Assembly (NCBI GenBank): GCA_022820835.1
Contig: JAJEET010000039.1
Span: 702 to 64,701 of the forward strand
Source of the DNA: Candidatus Poribacteria bacterium
GTDB taxonomy: Bacteria > Poribacteria > WGA-4E > WGA-3G
Reading direction: 5' to 3'
DNA: 64,000 nt
The notes under the pieces were generated by a model. That model did no database searches and was not told the DNA's origin. It was given only the letters and a program-made list of their open reading frames with translations. Position 1 is the first letter of the stretch, and every line of letters starts with the position of its first letter. This document shows, one piece after another, positions 43,266 through 53,803 of this stretch. Position numbers and translations under genes: made by a program.

Positions 43266-43377
43266 TTGTCGGTTGTCAGTTATCGGTTGTCAGTAAGAGG
43301 CGATTGGCAACCGATAACCGTTATCGTTTAACCGAAACCTCTTTAACTGATAACTGAGTACTGATAACTGATAACTA
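43261..43377 (+). repeat. Heptamer-array long palindrome that exactly fills a convergent intergenic gap
   Basis: The left arm AATAGTTGTCGGTTGTCAGTTATCGGTTGTCAGTAAGAGG and right arm CCTCTTTAACTGATAACTGAGTACTGATAACTGATAACTA incorporate both flanking stop codons (TAG 43263-43265 and CTA 43375-43377). Confidence 0.8.
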
Positions 43378-44439
43378 CTTCTGCTGTTCAATGAAGATCC
43401 GGTAGATGTCCTCAAAGAGCCTGACATCTGTGAGCGTATCTTCGGCTGAAGATCGGAACGGTTCAGCGTTGCGGACGTTCGCGACGAAGTATTCTGCTTC
43501 TCTGTGATATGCCCACGTCCAACTCGGTCTCGGAATCGGGCGCGTGATTTCCTGTTCGTCGCCAGCCCGGTAGATTTCGACCTCTGCGGGTGTGTTCTTC
43601 AGGAGCAACGGCGGTGCCCACGTGTGAACCCATCCGTTTTGAAAATAGATTTGGCTATGTTCATCCCAACGATAGTGTGAAACGTGTCCGGTTTCGAGTG
43701 TCACACGGATGCCGTCCATATCGAAGATGACGACCCCGGTATATCCGTTTGCATCTAAATCGACGGCTTTAACAGCAACTTTGTCGCCAGCATCAAGGAA
43801 CCAGCGCATCAGATTAATATTGTGTGTATACTGCTGAAGGTATCCGAGATAGGAGCCTCGGTATTGCTCTGGTATCCATTCTGGGGTTTTGACAGGCGCG
43901 CTCGGTCTCGGTTCATCCGTGCCGTCCATGTGCGTATCGAGATTGCAGACCCAATCGCCACCGAACCCGTGATTTCTGGCGTACGTCAAGCGACCGAGTT
44001 CGTCGGTTTCTCGGAATTGTGCGACGCTCTCCTTGACGATCTCGTTCCCGGCATCGTAGCGTTTCATGTAACCCACCATCAATTTCTTACCGGACTTCTG
44101 CGATGCTGCCACGATTGCCTCAGCCTGTTCAGTGGAGACAGCCATCGGTTTCTCCATGAAGACATGCTTACCCGCTGAAAGCAGATCCTTGGCGATTTCA
44201 CCTTGTAAGGCGAAGTCGGCGGAGACTGCGACGGCTTCGATATCGGCGTTCTGTGCGAGTTCCGCGTGGTCACGGTAAAGTTGCGGGATACCGAAACGGG
44301 TTTGGACTGTTTTACCGAGTTCCGAGCGGACCTCTGCGAGTCCGATGAGTTCACAGTCCGGGATGCTCATAAAATTCGGGATATGGACTTTCTGCGCCAT
44401 GAACCCGCAGCCGATATAACCGAGTCGAACTTTTTCCAT
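43375..44439 (-). CDS. Gfo/Idh/MocA family oxidoreductase
   Basis: I place the start at MEKVRLGYIGCGFMAQKVH (ATG 44437-44439). Motifs EKPMA and VGYMKRYD. The upstream 37-aa extension is rejected. Confidence 0.85.
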   Translation of the reverse strand: MEKVRLGYIGCGFMAQKVHIPNFMSIPDCELIGLAEVRSELGKTVQTRFGIPQLYRDHAELAQNADIEAVAVSADFALQGEIAKDLLSAGKHVFMEKPMAVSTEQAEAIVAASQKSGKKLMVGYMKRYDAGNEIVKESVAQFRETDELGRLTYARNHGFGGDWVCNLDTHMDGTDEPRPSAPVKTPEWIPEQYRGSYLGYLQQYTHNINLMRWFLDAGDKVAVKAVDLDANGYTGVVIFDMDGIRVTLETGHVSHYRWDEHSQIYFQNGWVHTWAPPLLLKNTPAEVEIYRAGDEQEITRPIPRPSWTWAYHREAEYFVANVRNAEPFRSSAEDTLTDVRLFEDIYRIFIEQQK

Positions 44440-44574
44440 ATTTTTAATTTTCCTTGCGGTTCGGTTAGGTGGGTTGTACCAAAAACGTTCCACCGCGTAT
44501 ATCCAGCGCGCCCGTTGGTTGCGCTTACCGATTCTGACCCAGGACTGCAACTGACTGCTGAGAACCGATAGCCT

Positions 44575-45009
44575 CTAAGATAATTTCCGCGATTCTATCT
44601 GTTCAACAGCCGTCTTAGCACCTTCTCGGACGAGGGCAGAAGCATCGTTTCTGGCAAGCTGCTTGAGTTTACCGAGGCTGAGGCTCGCTTCGAGTTTACC
44701 GAGTGCGACTGCGACGAAGTAGCGTACATCAGCATCTTCATCATCCAACGCTTCTAAGAGTGCTGTCATATCTGTCAAGGTGGCGAGGTGCCGGTCAGCA
44801 TCCCCGATATTAATGAGTGCTTGTGCGGCGATCCGTCGGGCATGGATGTCTCCGTGCCGTAGGGATGCCAGGATTTCGTCATTACCTGTCGGTATAACTG
44901 TAAGGTTGTCCCAATCGCAATCCAAGCAGAACCATGAATTTCCATCCAACCGTCGGAGATTCTCGCTCCCACACGACGGGCATTCTCCAAATTCCTGTTG
45001 TCGCGCCAT
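44575..45009 (-). CDS. Zinc-ribbon + HEAT/PBS-lyase-repeat protein
   Basis: CPSCGS...CLDCDW Zn ribbon, then HEAT-like repeats (RRIAAQALINIGD, VRYFVAVALGKL, ALVREGAKTAVEQI). Confidence 0.65.
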   Translation of the reverse strand: MARQQEFGECPSCGSENLRRLDGNSWFCLDCDWDNLTVIPTGNDEILASLRHGDIHARRIAAQALINIGDADRHLATLTDMTALLEALDDEDADVRYFVAVALGKLEASLSLGKLKQLARNDASALVREGAKTAVEQIESRKLS

Positions 45010-45052
45010 TTTTATTGTCCTCGGTTACGGCACACGGAGCGTGCCTACGCCT

Positions 45053-45442
45053 TTAAGTTTCAGTTTCCTCGATCGTAGGATTGGTTTCCATTTCCGGGAG
45101 TTCACGCCAGATTTCAGGACCCTCTGGCTTGAAGTTGATCGTTGCGATGAACTGCATACCGTGATAGAAATTAATTTTGAACTTGCCGCCTCCGAAATTT
45201 TGTTTCAGATATTCCATTGGCGTTTCAATCAATGGCCCCATTTCGTCGGCATGATAGAATGCGAGCGGTTTGAACCGCACTGTATTGCCTACAGGCTCCT
45301 GCACGAGGAGTTGTGCTGAGGTCGCAGGAAAAAGGAGCTGAAAGGCTTGCCAAAGGTCGGCAACCGTCGGGTTCGGATTCCCAACCCGTTTTTTGAAGTC
45401 GTTCTCCAGATATTCTGAAAAGGTATTGAAAACCCAGTCCAT
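45053..45442 (-). CDS. Hypothetical protein
   Basis: 129-aa ORF with composition and codon usage like its neighbours. No recognisable motif. Confidence 0.45.
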   Translation of the reverse strand: MDWVFNTFSEYLENDFKKRVGNPNPTVADLWQAFQLLFPATSAQLLVQEPVGNTVRFKPLAFYHADEMGPLIETPMEYLKQNFGGGKFKINFYHGMQFIATINFKPEGPEIWRELPEMETNPTIEETET

Positions 45443-45446
45443 GGTG

Positions 45447-45536
45447 AATAGTTACCAGTTTTCAGTGCGGTTGCTACGCAACCTTTCAGTTAATAGTTAC
45501 CAATTTTCAGTGCGGTTGCTACGCAACCTTTCAGTC
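45447..45536 (+). repeat. Tandem direct repeat, 45 nt x 2
   Basis: AATAGTTACCA(G/A)TTTTCAGTGCGGTTGCTACGCAACCTTTCAGT(T/C) occurs twice head-to-tail. Each unit contains the hairpin GGTTGC-tac-GCAACC. Confidence 0.85.
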
Positions 45537-45587
45537 CTCAGCTAGCACATTGTGTCGGGAACATTTTCTCTAACTGCCACAATATAT

Positions 45588-45637
45588 CTCTTTAACTGAT
45601 AACTGAAAGCGTAGCGTACTGATAACTGACAACTATT
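45588..45637 (-). repeat. AATAGTTGTCAGTT...TTTCAGTTA element (reverse orientation copy of 13814-13865)
   Basis: The reverse complement reads AATAGTTGTCAGTTATCAGTACGCTACGCTTTCAGTTATCAGTTAAAGAG. It differs from the 13814 copy at about 4 positions. Confidence 0.8.
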
Positions 45638-45707
45638 ACAGCGGTGCCTTCAAGAAGTCCTTCCAGTCAAAATTCGGCAGAGGGAACTCCTCTGTGGCTT
45701 TACATTG

Positions 45708-46121
45708 TCAAAATGTGGCGGCTTTCTCGAAAAATTCGATATCGACACGTTCAACCCCAGCCTCTCGTGCATTTTCGGCGACACGTTGTACGACCATCTC
45801 ACGGACAAACGGAATCGGTATCCGTTTAACTCTGTGTTCGACTTCCTCTGTGCAAGGGACTGTGGTATTGTCGAGGTAGGGACCGTCTTGGAGTACGGCT
45901 GCATCTGGGTGGTCACATGTCTCCGGGACGAGTTGTTGCAACCGCATTGAGACGTAATTGGTCACCCACTGTTTGAATTCTTCCGTTTCCGCGGTATCCA
46001 CTTCACCGATATTGGAACGCTGATCCAATTTCTCGTTGATACTGACGAGTAAATTCTCAACACGCGTCAAGCGTTCTTCTACATCGGTAATCCGTTCGTT
46101 GGCACTGTTTTGCTCGTTCAT
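45708..46121 (-). CDS. Coiled-coil protein with a C-terminal PCP_red-like (protochlorophyllide-reductase-B C-terminal-like) domain
   Basis: Real start at MNEQNSANER (ATG 46119-46121) with a GGAG RBS. C-terminal VKRIPIPFVREMVVQRVAENAREAGVERVDIEFFEKA. The upstream part of the 305-aa ORF overlaps the PhyH gene and is rejected. Confidence 0.6.
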   Translation of the reverse strand: MNEQNSANERITDVEERLTRVENLLVSINEKLDQRSNIGEVDTAETEEFKQWVTNYVSMRLQQLVPETCDHPDAAVLQDGPYLDNTTVPCTEEVEHRVKRIPIPFVREMVVQRVAENAREAGVERVDIEFFEKAATF

Positions 46122-46134
46122 ATCATCTCCTTTT

Positions 46135-46854
46135 TTATATCGCCCAATATTTCCACAAGTCTTCTGGGATTTCGTATTTAATTTCTTCTCGCTTTTTATG
46201 CGAATAACGTGCAAAGATACCAAAGCGCGGGACCTCTCGGATATTTGCGGAGCCGGTATGGCAGAGAAACGCGTGCCAGAGGACAACGTCACCAGCGGCA
46301 CCGGTAAACTCACGAGGACCCTCTGGCGATAAATCCGAGAGTACGTGCCATCCCCAATCTTCGATGTCGTAGAAACTTCCATCAATCTGCTCTGGATATT
46401 GAAGGAAGTATTTATGTGTCGAGTGGTGGCTACCGGGCCAAAACACGAAGGCACCCCCACCGGGTTCGACATCGTAGAGATAGGTTGTCGCGCCGAGCAT
46501 AAAGGGACTCCAGCCGCCGGGACCATAAGCATCAATGTGTCCGCTACCGGGGATTGCCCATTCTTCTTCAGGGTTGGGCCATTTAACGAGCGGAGAACCG
46601 CCGCCACCGGCGAACTGTCCATCACCGAGTTGCGCGATCATCTCTTGCATCGCAGGGAGCTGCCCGAACAACGGCGAGAAACTGAAATTTTGGACCACGT
46701 AGTCGTTGGGCCATGTCTCCGGCGTATTCAGGCTGGAATTAAAATGTTTCCAGATCTGCTCGCGCCACGCCTCTATTATCTCCGAATCGACAAAATTTTC
46801 AAGGATAAGATACCCGTGTTCCTGAAAAAATGTTATCTGTTCTGTTGTTAGCAT
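46135..46854 (-). CDS. Phytanoyl-CoA dioxygenase (PhyH) family dioxygenase
   Basis: N-terminal TTEQITFFQEHGYLILENFVD, an HID metal motif (GSGHIDAYG) and a distal H (LCHTGSAN). Confidence 0.8.
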   Translation of the reverse strand: MLTTEQITFFQEHGYLILENFVDSEIIEAWREQIWKHFNSSLNTPETWPNDYVVQNFSFSPLFGQLPAMQEMIAQLGDGQFAGGGGSPLVKWPNPEEEWAIPGSGHIDAYGPGGWSPFMLGATTYLYDVEPGGGAFVFWPGSHHSTHKYFLQYPEQIDGSFYDIEDWGWHVLSDLSPEGPREFTGAAGDVVLWHAFLCHTGSANIREVPRFGIFARYSHKKREEIKYEIPEDLWKYWAI

Positions 46855-46928
46855 CTCGGTTTCCTCTGTTGGTTAGGACTGCGGTGCGGTTAATGAAGAG
46901 TAAATAACGTGAACTTGAAAATAAATCT

Positions 46929-47034
46929 GTAGGTTGGGTTGAGCGGTAAATACACACTAAAAACCGTATAATTTAGACAAATATGCCGCTTTTCAAGGCA
47001 CTTTCTGCATAAATAGCGGTAGCGAAACCCAACA
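46929..47034. repeat. GTAGGTTGGGTT ... GAAACCCAACA element
   Basis: Same termini as 9922-10024 (GTAGGTTGGGTTGAGCGG / GCGAAACCCAACA), with an unrelated interior. Confidence 0.65.
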
Positions 47035-47057
47035 TCCCACTTTTATCAAACTCACGG

Positions 47058-47152
47058 TAAATAAATATTTCGGTAATCGTTAGGGATCGCGAGCACAGCT
47101 CGCTCCTACAGTAAGAGGTTATTGTATCATCGAATTAAATTCTTAAACTTCA
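47058..47152 (-). repeat. 95-nt MITE/REP-like repeat, copy 2
   Basis: The reverse complement aligns end-to-end with 40792-40888. The termini are identical and the centre has diverged. It lies about 23 nt downstream of the radical-SAM stop, in the same orientation relative to the gene as copy 1. Confidence 0.8.
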
Positions 47153-47175
47153 TCAAACCGCACCTACCGCGTTTA

Positions 47176-48543
47176 TTAACGACGGGGGCGGAAAGATGGG
47201 ATACCGGTTTCATCGAATCGTTTCTTGACGGCTTGCATGAGTTCGGGGGTAACCTCCCGATAGCCGTGTTCACGTGCGTATTTCTCTACGCTTTTGACGA
47301 CCATACCGCGTGCGAATGACGGTACCCGCTTCAATCGCTGTTCCGCTGCTTCAGTCCATTGCAAATCGTAATCGGTTTCCGTTGCGAAAGCGATCCTTTT
47401 CTCAATCTGGACAGGGGGTGCACCGCGCTGTGCTCCGTCTCCATTAACAGGTACGGACCCGGGTTTATATTCACACGAAGCATCTTCAGCGAGATAGTTC
47501 CCAGTCGTGGCATAAGCACGCGCCCGACAACCGCCACATACCTCTTTGAATTCGCAGGCACCACATTTCCCTTCAAGCAGGTTCCGGTTCCGCAAGTCTT
47601 GAAAAGTCTTTGATTCATTCCAGAGGTTAACGAAACTTTCGTCTTTGAGGTTTCCGACACTAACAGGGAGATACGGACACGGTGTCAGTTCACCCTCCGG
47701 TGTGATACGACAGTAGTAGATACCACACGGACAGGTGCCGCTCGGATACCCTTGAAGGAAGGCGGAATCGGACTGTTGTCCATAAATAACGCGCTTGTAG
47801 TGCGGTGCACATTTCGCAGCGATGAGCATCTTGCCGGTGTAGGCTGCCTGCAACTCGAACATCGTCTCAAGCATCTTCTCATATTGCGCAGGTGTGAGGT
47901 CCATCACAGTCTTACCTCTACCGGTTCGGACGAGAAAATAGAGGTTCAGCACCTTGGCACCGAGTTGGTATGCGAAATCGACGATTTTCGGGATTTCATC
48001 GTAATTCCACTGCGTTACGGAGGTCTGAACGAGGAAGTCCATCTGTGCCCGTTTGAGTGCCTCAACACCGTTCATCGTCGCTTTCCACGCGCCCGCCATA
48101 CCGCGAAACTTATCGTGGTCTGTGGGTTGGATGGAGTCCAGACTTACGCCTGCGCCAGTGACACCGTGCTGTTGCATCTTCTCGACCACTGCGTCGTTGA
48201 GTAGGACACCGTTGGTTCCCATGACAACAAGAAACCCGGTATCGGAGGCATACTTCGATATCTCCAAGATATCCGGGCGTAATAACGGTTCTCCACCGGT
48301 GAGGATGAGGAGGATGTGTGGGTTGATTTCGGCAATCTCATCAATGACACGAAAACATTGTGATTGACTGAGCTCTGCATCTCTCGAAAGTTTATGTGTA
48401 CCTTGAATATCGGAGAGATGGAGGTTCCCATCCAGTAATTCACTTGTGTCTACGAACCCTGCCGGTAGGTAGCAGTGCGTACATTTCAGGTTACACAATC
48501 GTGTGATATTCCATGAGACTGCCTGAACTTTGGTATCTTGCAT
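47176..48543 (-). CDS. Radical SAM/SPASM-domain enzyme with a C-terminal PCP_red-like domain
   Basis: CNLKCTHCY (CxxxCxxC), GGEPLLRPD and SPASM Cys clusters (CPCGIYYC...CPY...GKCGACEFKEVCGGCRARA). C-terminal LKRVPSFARGMVVKSVEKYAREHGYREVT. I place the start at MQDTKV (ATG 48541-48543). Confidence 0.85.
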   Translation of the reverse strand: MQDTKVQAVSWNITRLCNLKCTHCYLPAGFVDTSELLDGNLHLSDIQGTHKLSRDAELSQSQCFRVIDEIAEINPHILLILTGGEPLLRPDILEISKYASDTGFLVVMGTNGVLLNDAVVEKMQQHGVTGAGVSLDSIQPTDHDKFRGMAGAWKATMNGVEALKRAQMDFLVQTSVTQWNYDEIPKIVDFAYQLGAKVLNLYFLVRTGRGKTVMDLTPAQYEKMLETMFELQAAYTGKMLIAAKCAPHYKRVIYGQQSDSAFLQGYPSGTCPCGIYYCRITPEGELTPCPYLPVSVGNLKDESFVNLWNESKTFQDLRNRNLLEGKCGACEFKEVCGGCRARAYATTGNYLAEDASCEYKPGSVPVNGDGAQRGAPPVQIEKRIAFATETDYDLQWTEAAEQRLKRVPSFARGMVVKSVEKYAREHGYREVTPELMQAVKKRFDETGIPSFRPRR

Positions 48544-48589
48544 TTTTTTGAGCGTATTTTCGTCCTGTGCTTGTTTATATCTGAAAGGT

Positions 48590-49381
48590 CTATAGCCGAA
48601 CAGATGGCGCGATCCCCGTCTCAAGTGCTTTAGCGGCTGTCAAATCGGCGTTGGCTTTTTCCTGTTCTTTAAGGTGTTGCCAGGCTTCGCCGCGGCTGCG
48701 ATAGGCTTCGGCATGCTCCGGATCGCGTTGGATAACTTCATTATAGTCAGCAATAGCCTTGGCATACTCGGCATTTTTGGCGTAAGCGACACCGCGTCGG
48801 TAATAAGCCTTAGGGTACTCAGGCTTGAGTTCTATTGCCGTATTGTAGTCAGCAATAGCTTTCGCATGTTCGCCGATGTAACTATAGGCGTTACCGCGTC
48901 TGATATAGTCCTCAATCATTTTCGGATTGAGTCTCAGGGTTGCCGTGTAGAGCTTAATATTTTCCTCAGCTTCTTCTCGGTTCTCGATACGGTCAAGGGG
49001 ATAACCGCCGTTTAGCTCTTGGCACTGCCGTAGAAAGTTCATTGAGCCGGCAACCCCGAGTGTTTGGGTAAGGACTCGGCTGCCAATTTCACAGATTTCG
49101 AGATCCGTCATTTTTTGTATTTCACTCTGACTCGCTGCGAACCGACGAGCTCGGGCGCGTTCTTCATCTTTTCTGGTGGCCTCGCGCGCTTGAATACGCT
49201 TAACGATAGTATCAATATCCTGTTGATCCCCTAACAATTGGTGCCGATCAATAGAATAATCGCCTGTGCCAGGTTGCCACTGCCGGACAAACCACTGTGT
49301 TTTGGCAGCACCCAGCTTAGTTGTTAGGGCTTTGCACCCAAGTTCATAAATTTCACTATCGGTCATTTCCAATATATTCAT
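48590..49381 (-). CDS. TPR-repeat protein with a duplicated N-terminal module
   Basis: Three TPRs (AIADYNTAIELKPEYPKAYYRRGVAY..., AIADYNEVIQRDPEHAEAYRSRG). The N-terminus has two copies of the module MTD(S/L)EI(Y/C)E(L/I)G...L(T/G)..........(F)(V/L)RQ. I place the start at MNILEMTD (ATG 49379-49381). Confidence 0.7.
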   Translation of the reverse strand: MNILEMTDSEIYELGCKALTTKLGAAKTQWFVRQWQPGTGDYSIDRHQLLGDQQDIDTIVKRIQAREATRKDEERARARRFAASQSEIQKMTDLEICEIGSRVLTQTLGVAGSMNFLRQCQELNGGYPLDRIENREEAEENIKLYTATLRLNPKMIEDYIRRGNAYSYIGEHAKAIADYNTAIELKPEYPKAYYRRGVAYAKNAEYAKAIADYNEVIQRDPEHAEAYRSRGEAWQHLKEQEKANADLTAAKALETGIAPSVRL

Positions 49382-49730
49382 TTCCCTCGATCTCCTGTAA
49401 CCACACATAAGGGTTTTCAACTTGGACGTAAAGGTTTGAACTATTGCGCTTCGCCCTTCTAAGAAGCCCATCATCTGTTGTTAGGAAAATATCTACATTG
49501 CCGCTTTCTGCACAGGCGATATGCAGCGCATCCATTTCTGTAAAACCTAATACTTCTAACTGCTTACCTCTTGAGATTTCCCGTGCTCCAACGGAAACAG
49601 TTTTGTTGACATCAGTTAGCCGATCCTTAATTTGCAAGCGGTGCCCCAGATTTGGGTTTCGTTCAACCTCTTCCTCTAAAGTATTGCTGGAGATCCAGGA
49701 CCAGGAACCCGCGCGAATTTGACCAAGGAT
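49356..49730 (-). pseudogene. 5'-truncated PIN-like nuclease gene remnant
   Basis: The open frame after an in-frame TGA (49731-49733) reads ILGQIRAGSWSWISSNTLEEEVERNPNLGHR-LQIKDRL...TEMDALHIACAESGNVDIFLTTDDGLLRRA. The N-terminal 35 aa or so, with the first catalytic Asp, are missing. Only a TTG at 49637 is available as a start. Confidence 0.45.
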
Positions 49731-49926
49731 TCACCTGATAACTAGGGCTTCCCTACGAACCCGAGGTTACGTTTGTATATCAAAAAGCCGGCTCAAACAA
49801 CAAGTATCTAAATAAATTACCCAGGCTGGCAAATCAGTTGGCACGTGGGTCCGCCTACTCTGTTTTTTAATTCTGTGTGTTGTTTCGCAATGGGTGCTCT
49901 TAAAAACATCGTCAATAAAAATAGGG

Positions 49927-50409
49927 TTACAGTAACAGTGCAAGTGCGAAAACGATTAAACCTGAAACCAATGTTAACCCTCTCCACAGATTGATATACG
50001 GACTCTGATTGTGATGTGTTTCGCTGTCCGGTGGTGCAACCTCAAGGTGTCGTCGATAGAGGGAACTATACAGTTCCCAAAAGAGGGTCATCAACCCAAA
50101 CGCCACGAGTTTTGCGACGAAGATGAGCATATAGGTTTTGAAATTGAAATCGCTACCGTCCTGCTTCGCAAAAAACCCGTTATCCCATGCAACGATAAAG
50201 AACACCATCGCGCCTGTCGTCAGAAGGATATGGATCATCAAGCGTATCCATGTCCGAAAACGGTTATGAATCGCTAATAGGTCTTGCGATGTTAGGTTCT
50301 GTTGCAGTATCGGTATTGCAACGAAGGTAGAAAAGAGGATACCTCCGAACCAGATGATCGTTGCGATCAGGTGGACACTCCGGATAAGAAGTTCTATGCT
50401 CTCCCGCAT
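49927..50409 (-). CDS. Four-TM membrane protein (CopD/DUF-type, unknown function)
   Basis: 160-aa ORF with four hydrophobic helices (HLIATIIWFGGILFSTFVAIPIL and others). Confidence 0.55.
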   Translation of the reverse strand: MRESIELLIRSVHLIATIIWFGGILFSTFVAIPILQQNLTSQDLLAIHNRFRTWIRLMIHILLTTGAMVFFIVAWDNGFFAKQDGSDFNFKTYMLIFVAKLVAFGLMTLFWELYSSLYRRHLEVAPPDSETHHNQSPYINLWRGLTLVSGLIVFALALLL

Positions 50410-50647
50410 TTATCTAACAAATCCCACTTTTTCATAAATGATACCATATTTTACGGCTAAAGTCAAATTTGTCTTTGCCAGTTTTCACAACTATTTCACA
50501 GACGCTGTCTTGTGGGAACGATCTTCTGTAGGAACGATCTCCTTTTTCGACATTTTTCGTGACAAATTGGGTGCGGGTTGGTATAATAGGAACGATAGGC
50601 TTAAAATAGGAGACAACTTTAACATTATCCGAATAGGAAAGGGAATT

Positions 50648-52672
<2,025 letters not shown>

Positions 52673-52783
52673 CCGAACCGCGATGAAATAACAAAATGTA
52701 GCCCAAACAACGTGCGGGGCGGACATAACAAGGAGCACATTGTGTCATCAAACCAACTTGATAAACCGCAAGGTAAGCTTAAA

Positions 52784-53668
52784 ATGCCTTTTTTGCATCA
52801 GGACGTAGAAGTTCGCACGGAATTACGGGAAAGCAACGACATCCTTGACGATCCGGATGCCTTGAAAGAACGGATCGCAGCCGACGGATATCTCCTGATT
52901 CGTGGACTGCACGACAAAGAGACTGTGCTCACAGCGCGTCGGCGGATTTTAGAGAAACTCGCGGCGAAACGGATGGTCGCACCAGAGACACCCTTGATGG
53001 AGGGTATCTTCAACCCTGATTATCCCGAACCTACATCGACCGGTTCTATGGGGAATAAGGCGTTGACGCAGCTACCGGAATTTAAAGCCGTCGTTGAAGG
53101 CGCACCGGTGATGGACTTCTTCAAACGGTTTCTCGGGGGTGAGGCAAGGACGTTCGATTTCAAATGGCTACGCACAGCGGGTCCAGGATCAGGTTCCCCA
53201 ATACATTACGATATCGTCTTTATGGGGAGAGGCACGCAAGATCTTTACTCCTGCTGGACTCCGTTTGGCGATGTGTCGCTTGACATGGGCCCCATCGTTT
53301 TCTGTCTCGGTTCTAACCGATTTGAGAAAGTCCGTGCTACTTATGGACAAGCAGATGTGGATCGAGATATGATTGAGGGACATTTCAGCGACAATCCGAT
53401 CGAAATCGTTGAGAAGTTTGGTGGGCATTGGGCGACAACGACGTTTTCTGCTGGCGATGTGATCATTTTCAGTATGTTCCTCATGCATGCTTCACTTGTT
53501 AACACGTCAAATAAGATTCGGATAACCGCGGATACGCGCTATCAGCTTGCATCGGAACCGATTGATGAGAGGTGGATCGGTGAAAAGCCGAAGGGACATT
53601 ACGCGTGGAAACAGGAGAACGCAGAGATTGAGTCTTTAGAGACCTCGCGGCAGAGATGGGGAGTCTAA
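52784..53668 (+). CDS. Phytanoyl-CoA dioxygenase (PhyH) family dioxygenase
   Basis: Motifs DGYLLIRGL, an HYD metal motif (SPIHYDIVF) and a distal HASLVN. ATG 52784 is preferred. Confidence 0.75.
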   Translation: MPFLHQDVEVRTELRESNDILDDPDALKERIAADGYLLIRGLHDKETVLTARRRILEKLAAKRMVAPETPLMEGIFNPDYPEPTSTGSMGNKALTQLPEFKAVVEGAPVMDFFKRFLGGEARTFDFKWLRTAGPGSGSPIHYDIVFMGRGTQDLYSCWTPFGDVSLDMGPIVFCLGSNRFEKVRATYGQADVDRDMIEGHFSDNPIEIVEKFGGHWATTTFSAGDVIIFSMFLMHASLVNTSNKIRITADTRYQLASEPIDERWIGEKPKGHYAWKQENAEIESLETSRQRWGV

Positions 53669-53702
53669 CGTTTTGTAATGCTATTATGGATAGGACTAAG
53701 GA

Positions 53703-53794
53703 GTAGCCAGTAAACAGTGGACAGTAGCCAGTTAAGAGGGGTGCGGATAACACAATATCTCTGTTCTGGTAACTGGTAACTGGTAACTGGTAAC
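53703..53794 (+). repeat. Heptamer-array element with (CTGGTAA)x4 right arm
   Basis: Left arm GTAGCCAGTAAACAGTGGACAGTAGCCAGT. The right arm is CTGGTAACTGGTAACTGGTAACTGGTAAC, followed by TTGAAAAATATG, the same junction as at 40321-40340. Confidence 0.75.
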
Positions 53795-53803
53795 TTGAAA
53801 AAT

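Noticed and set aside
45708-46625. 305-aa ORF on the minus strand.
   Set aside because: Its N-terminal 168 aa overlap the well-supported PhyH gene (46135..46854) in another frame and are compositionally odd. Only the C-terminal 137 aa from ATG 46121, which has a GGAG RBS, are kept.
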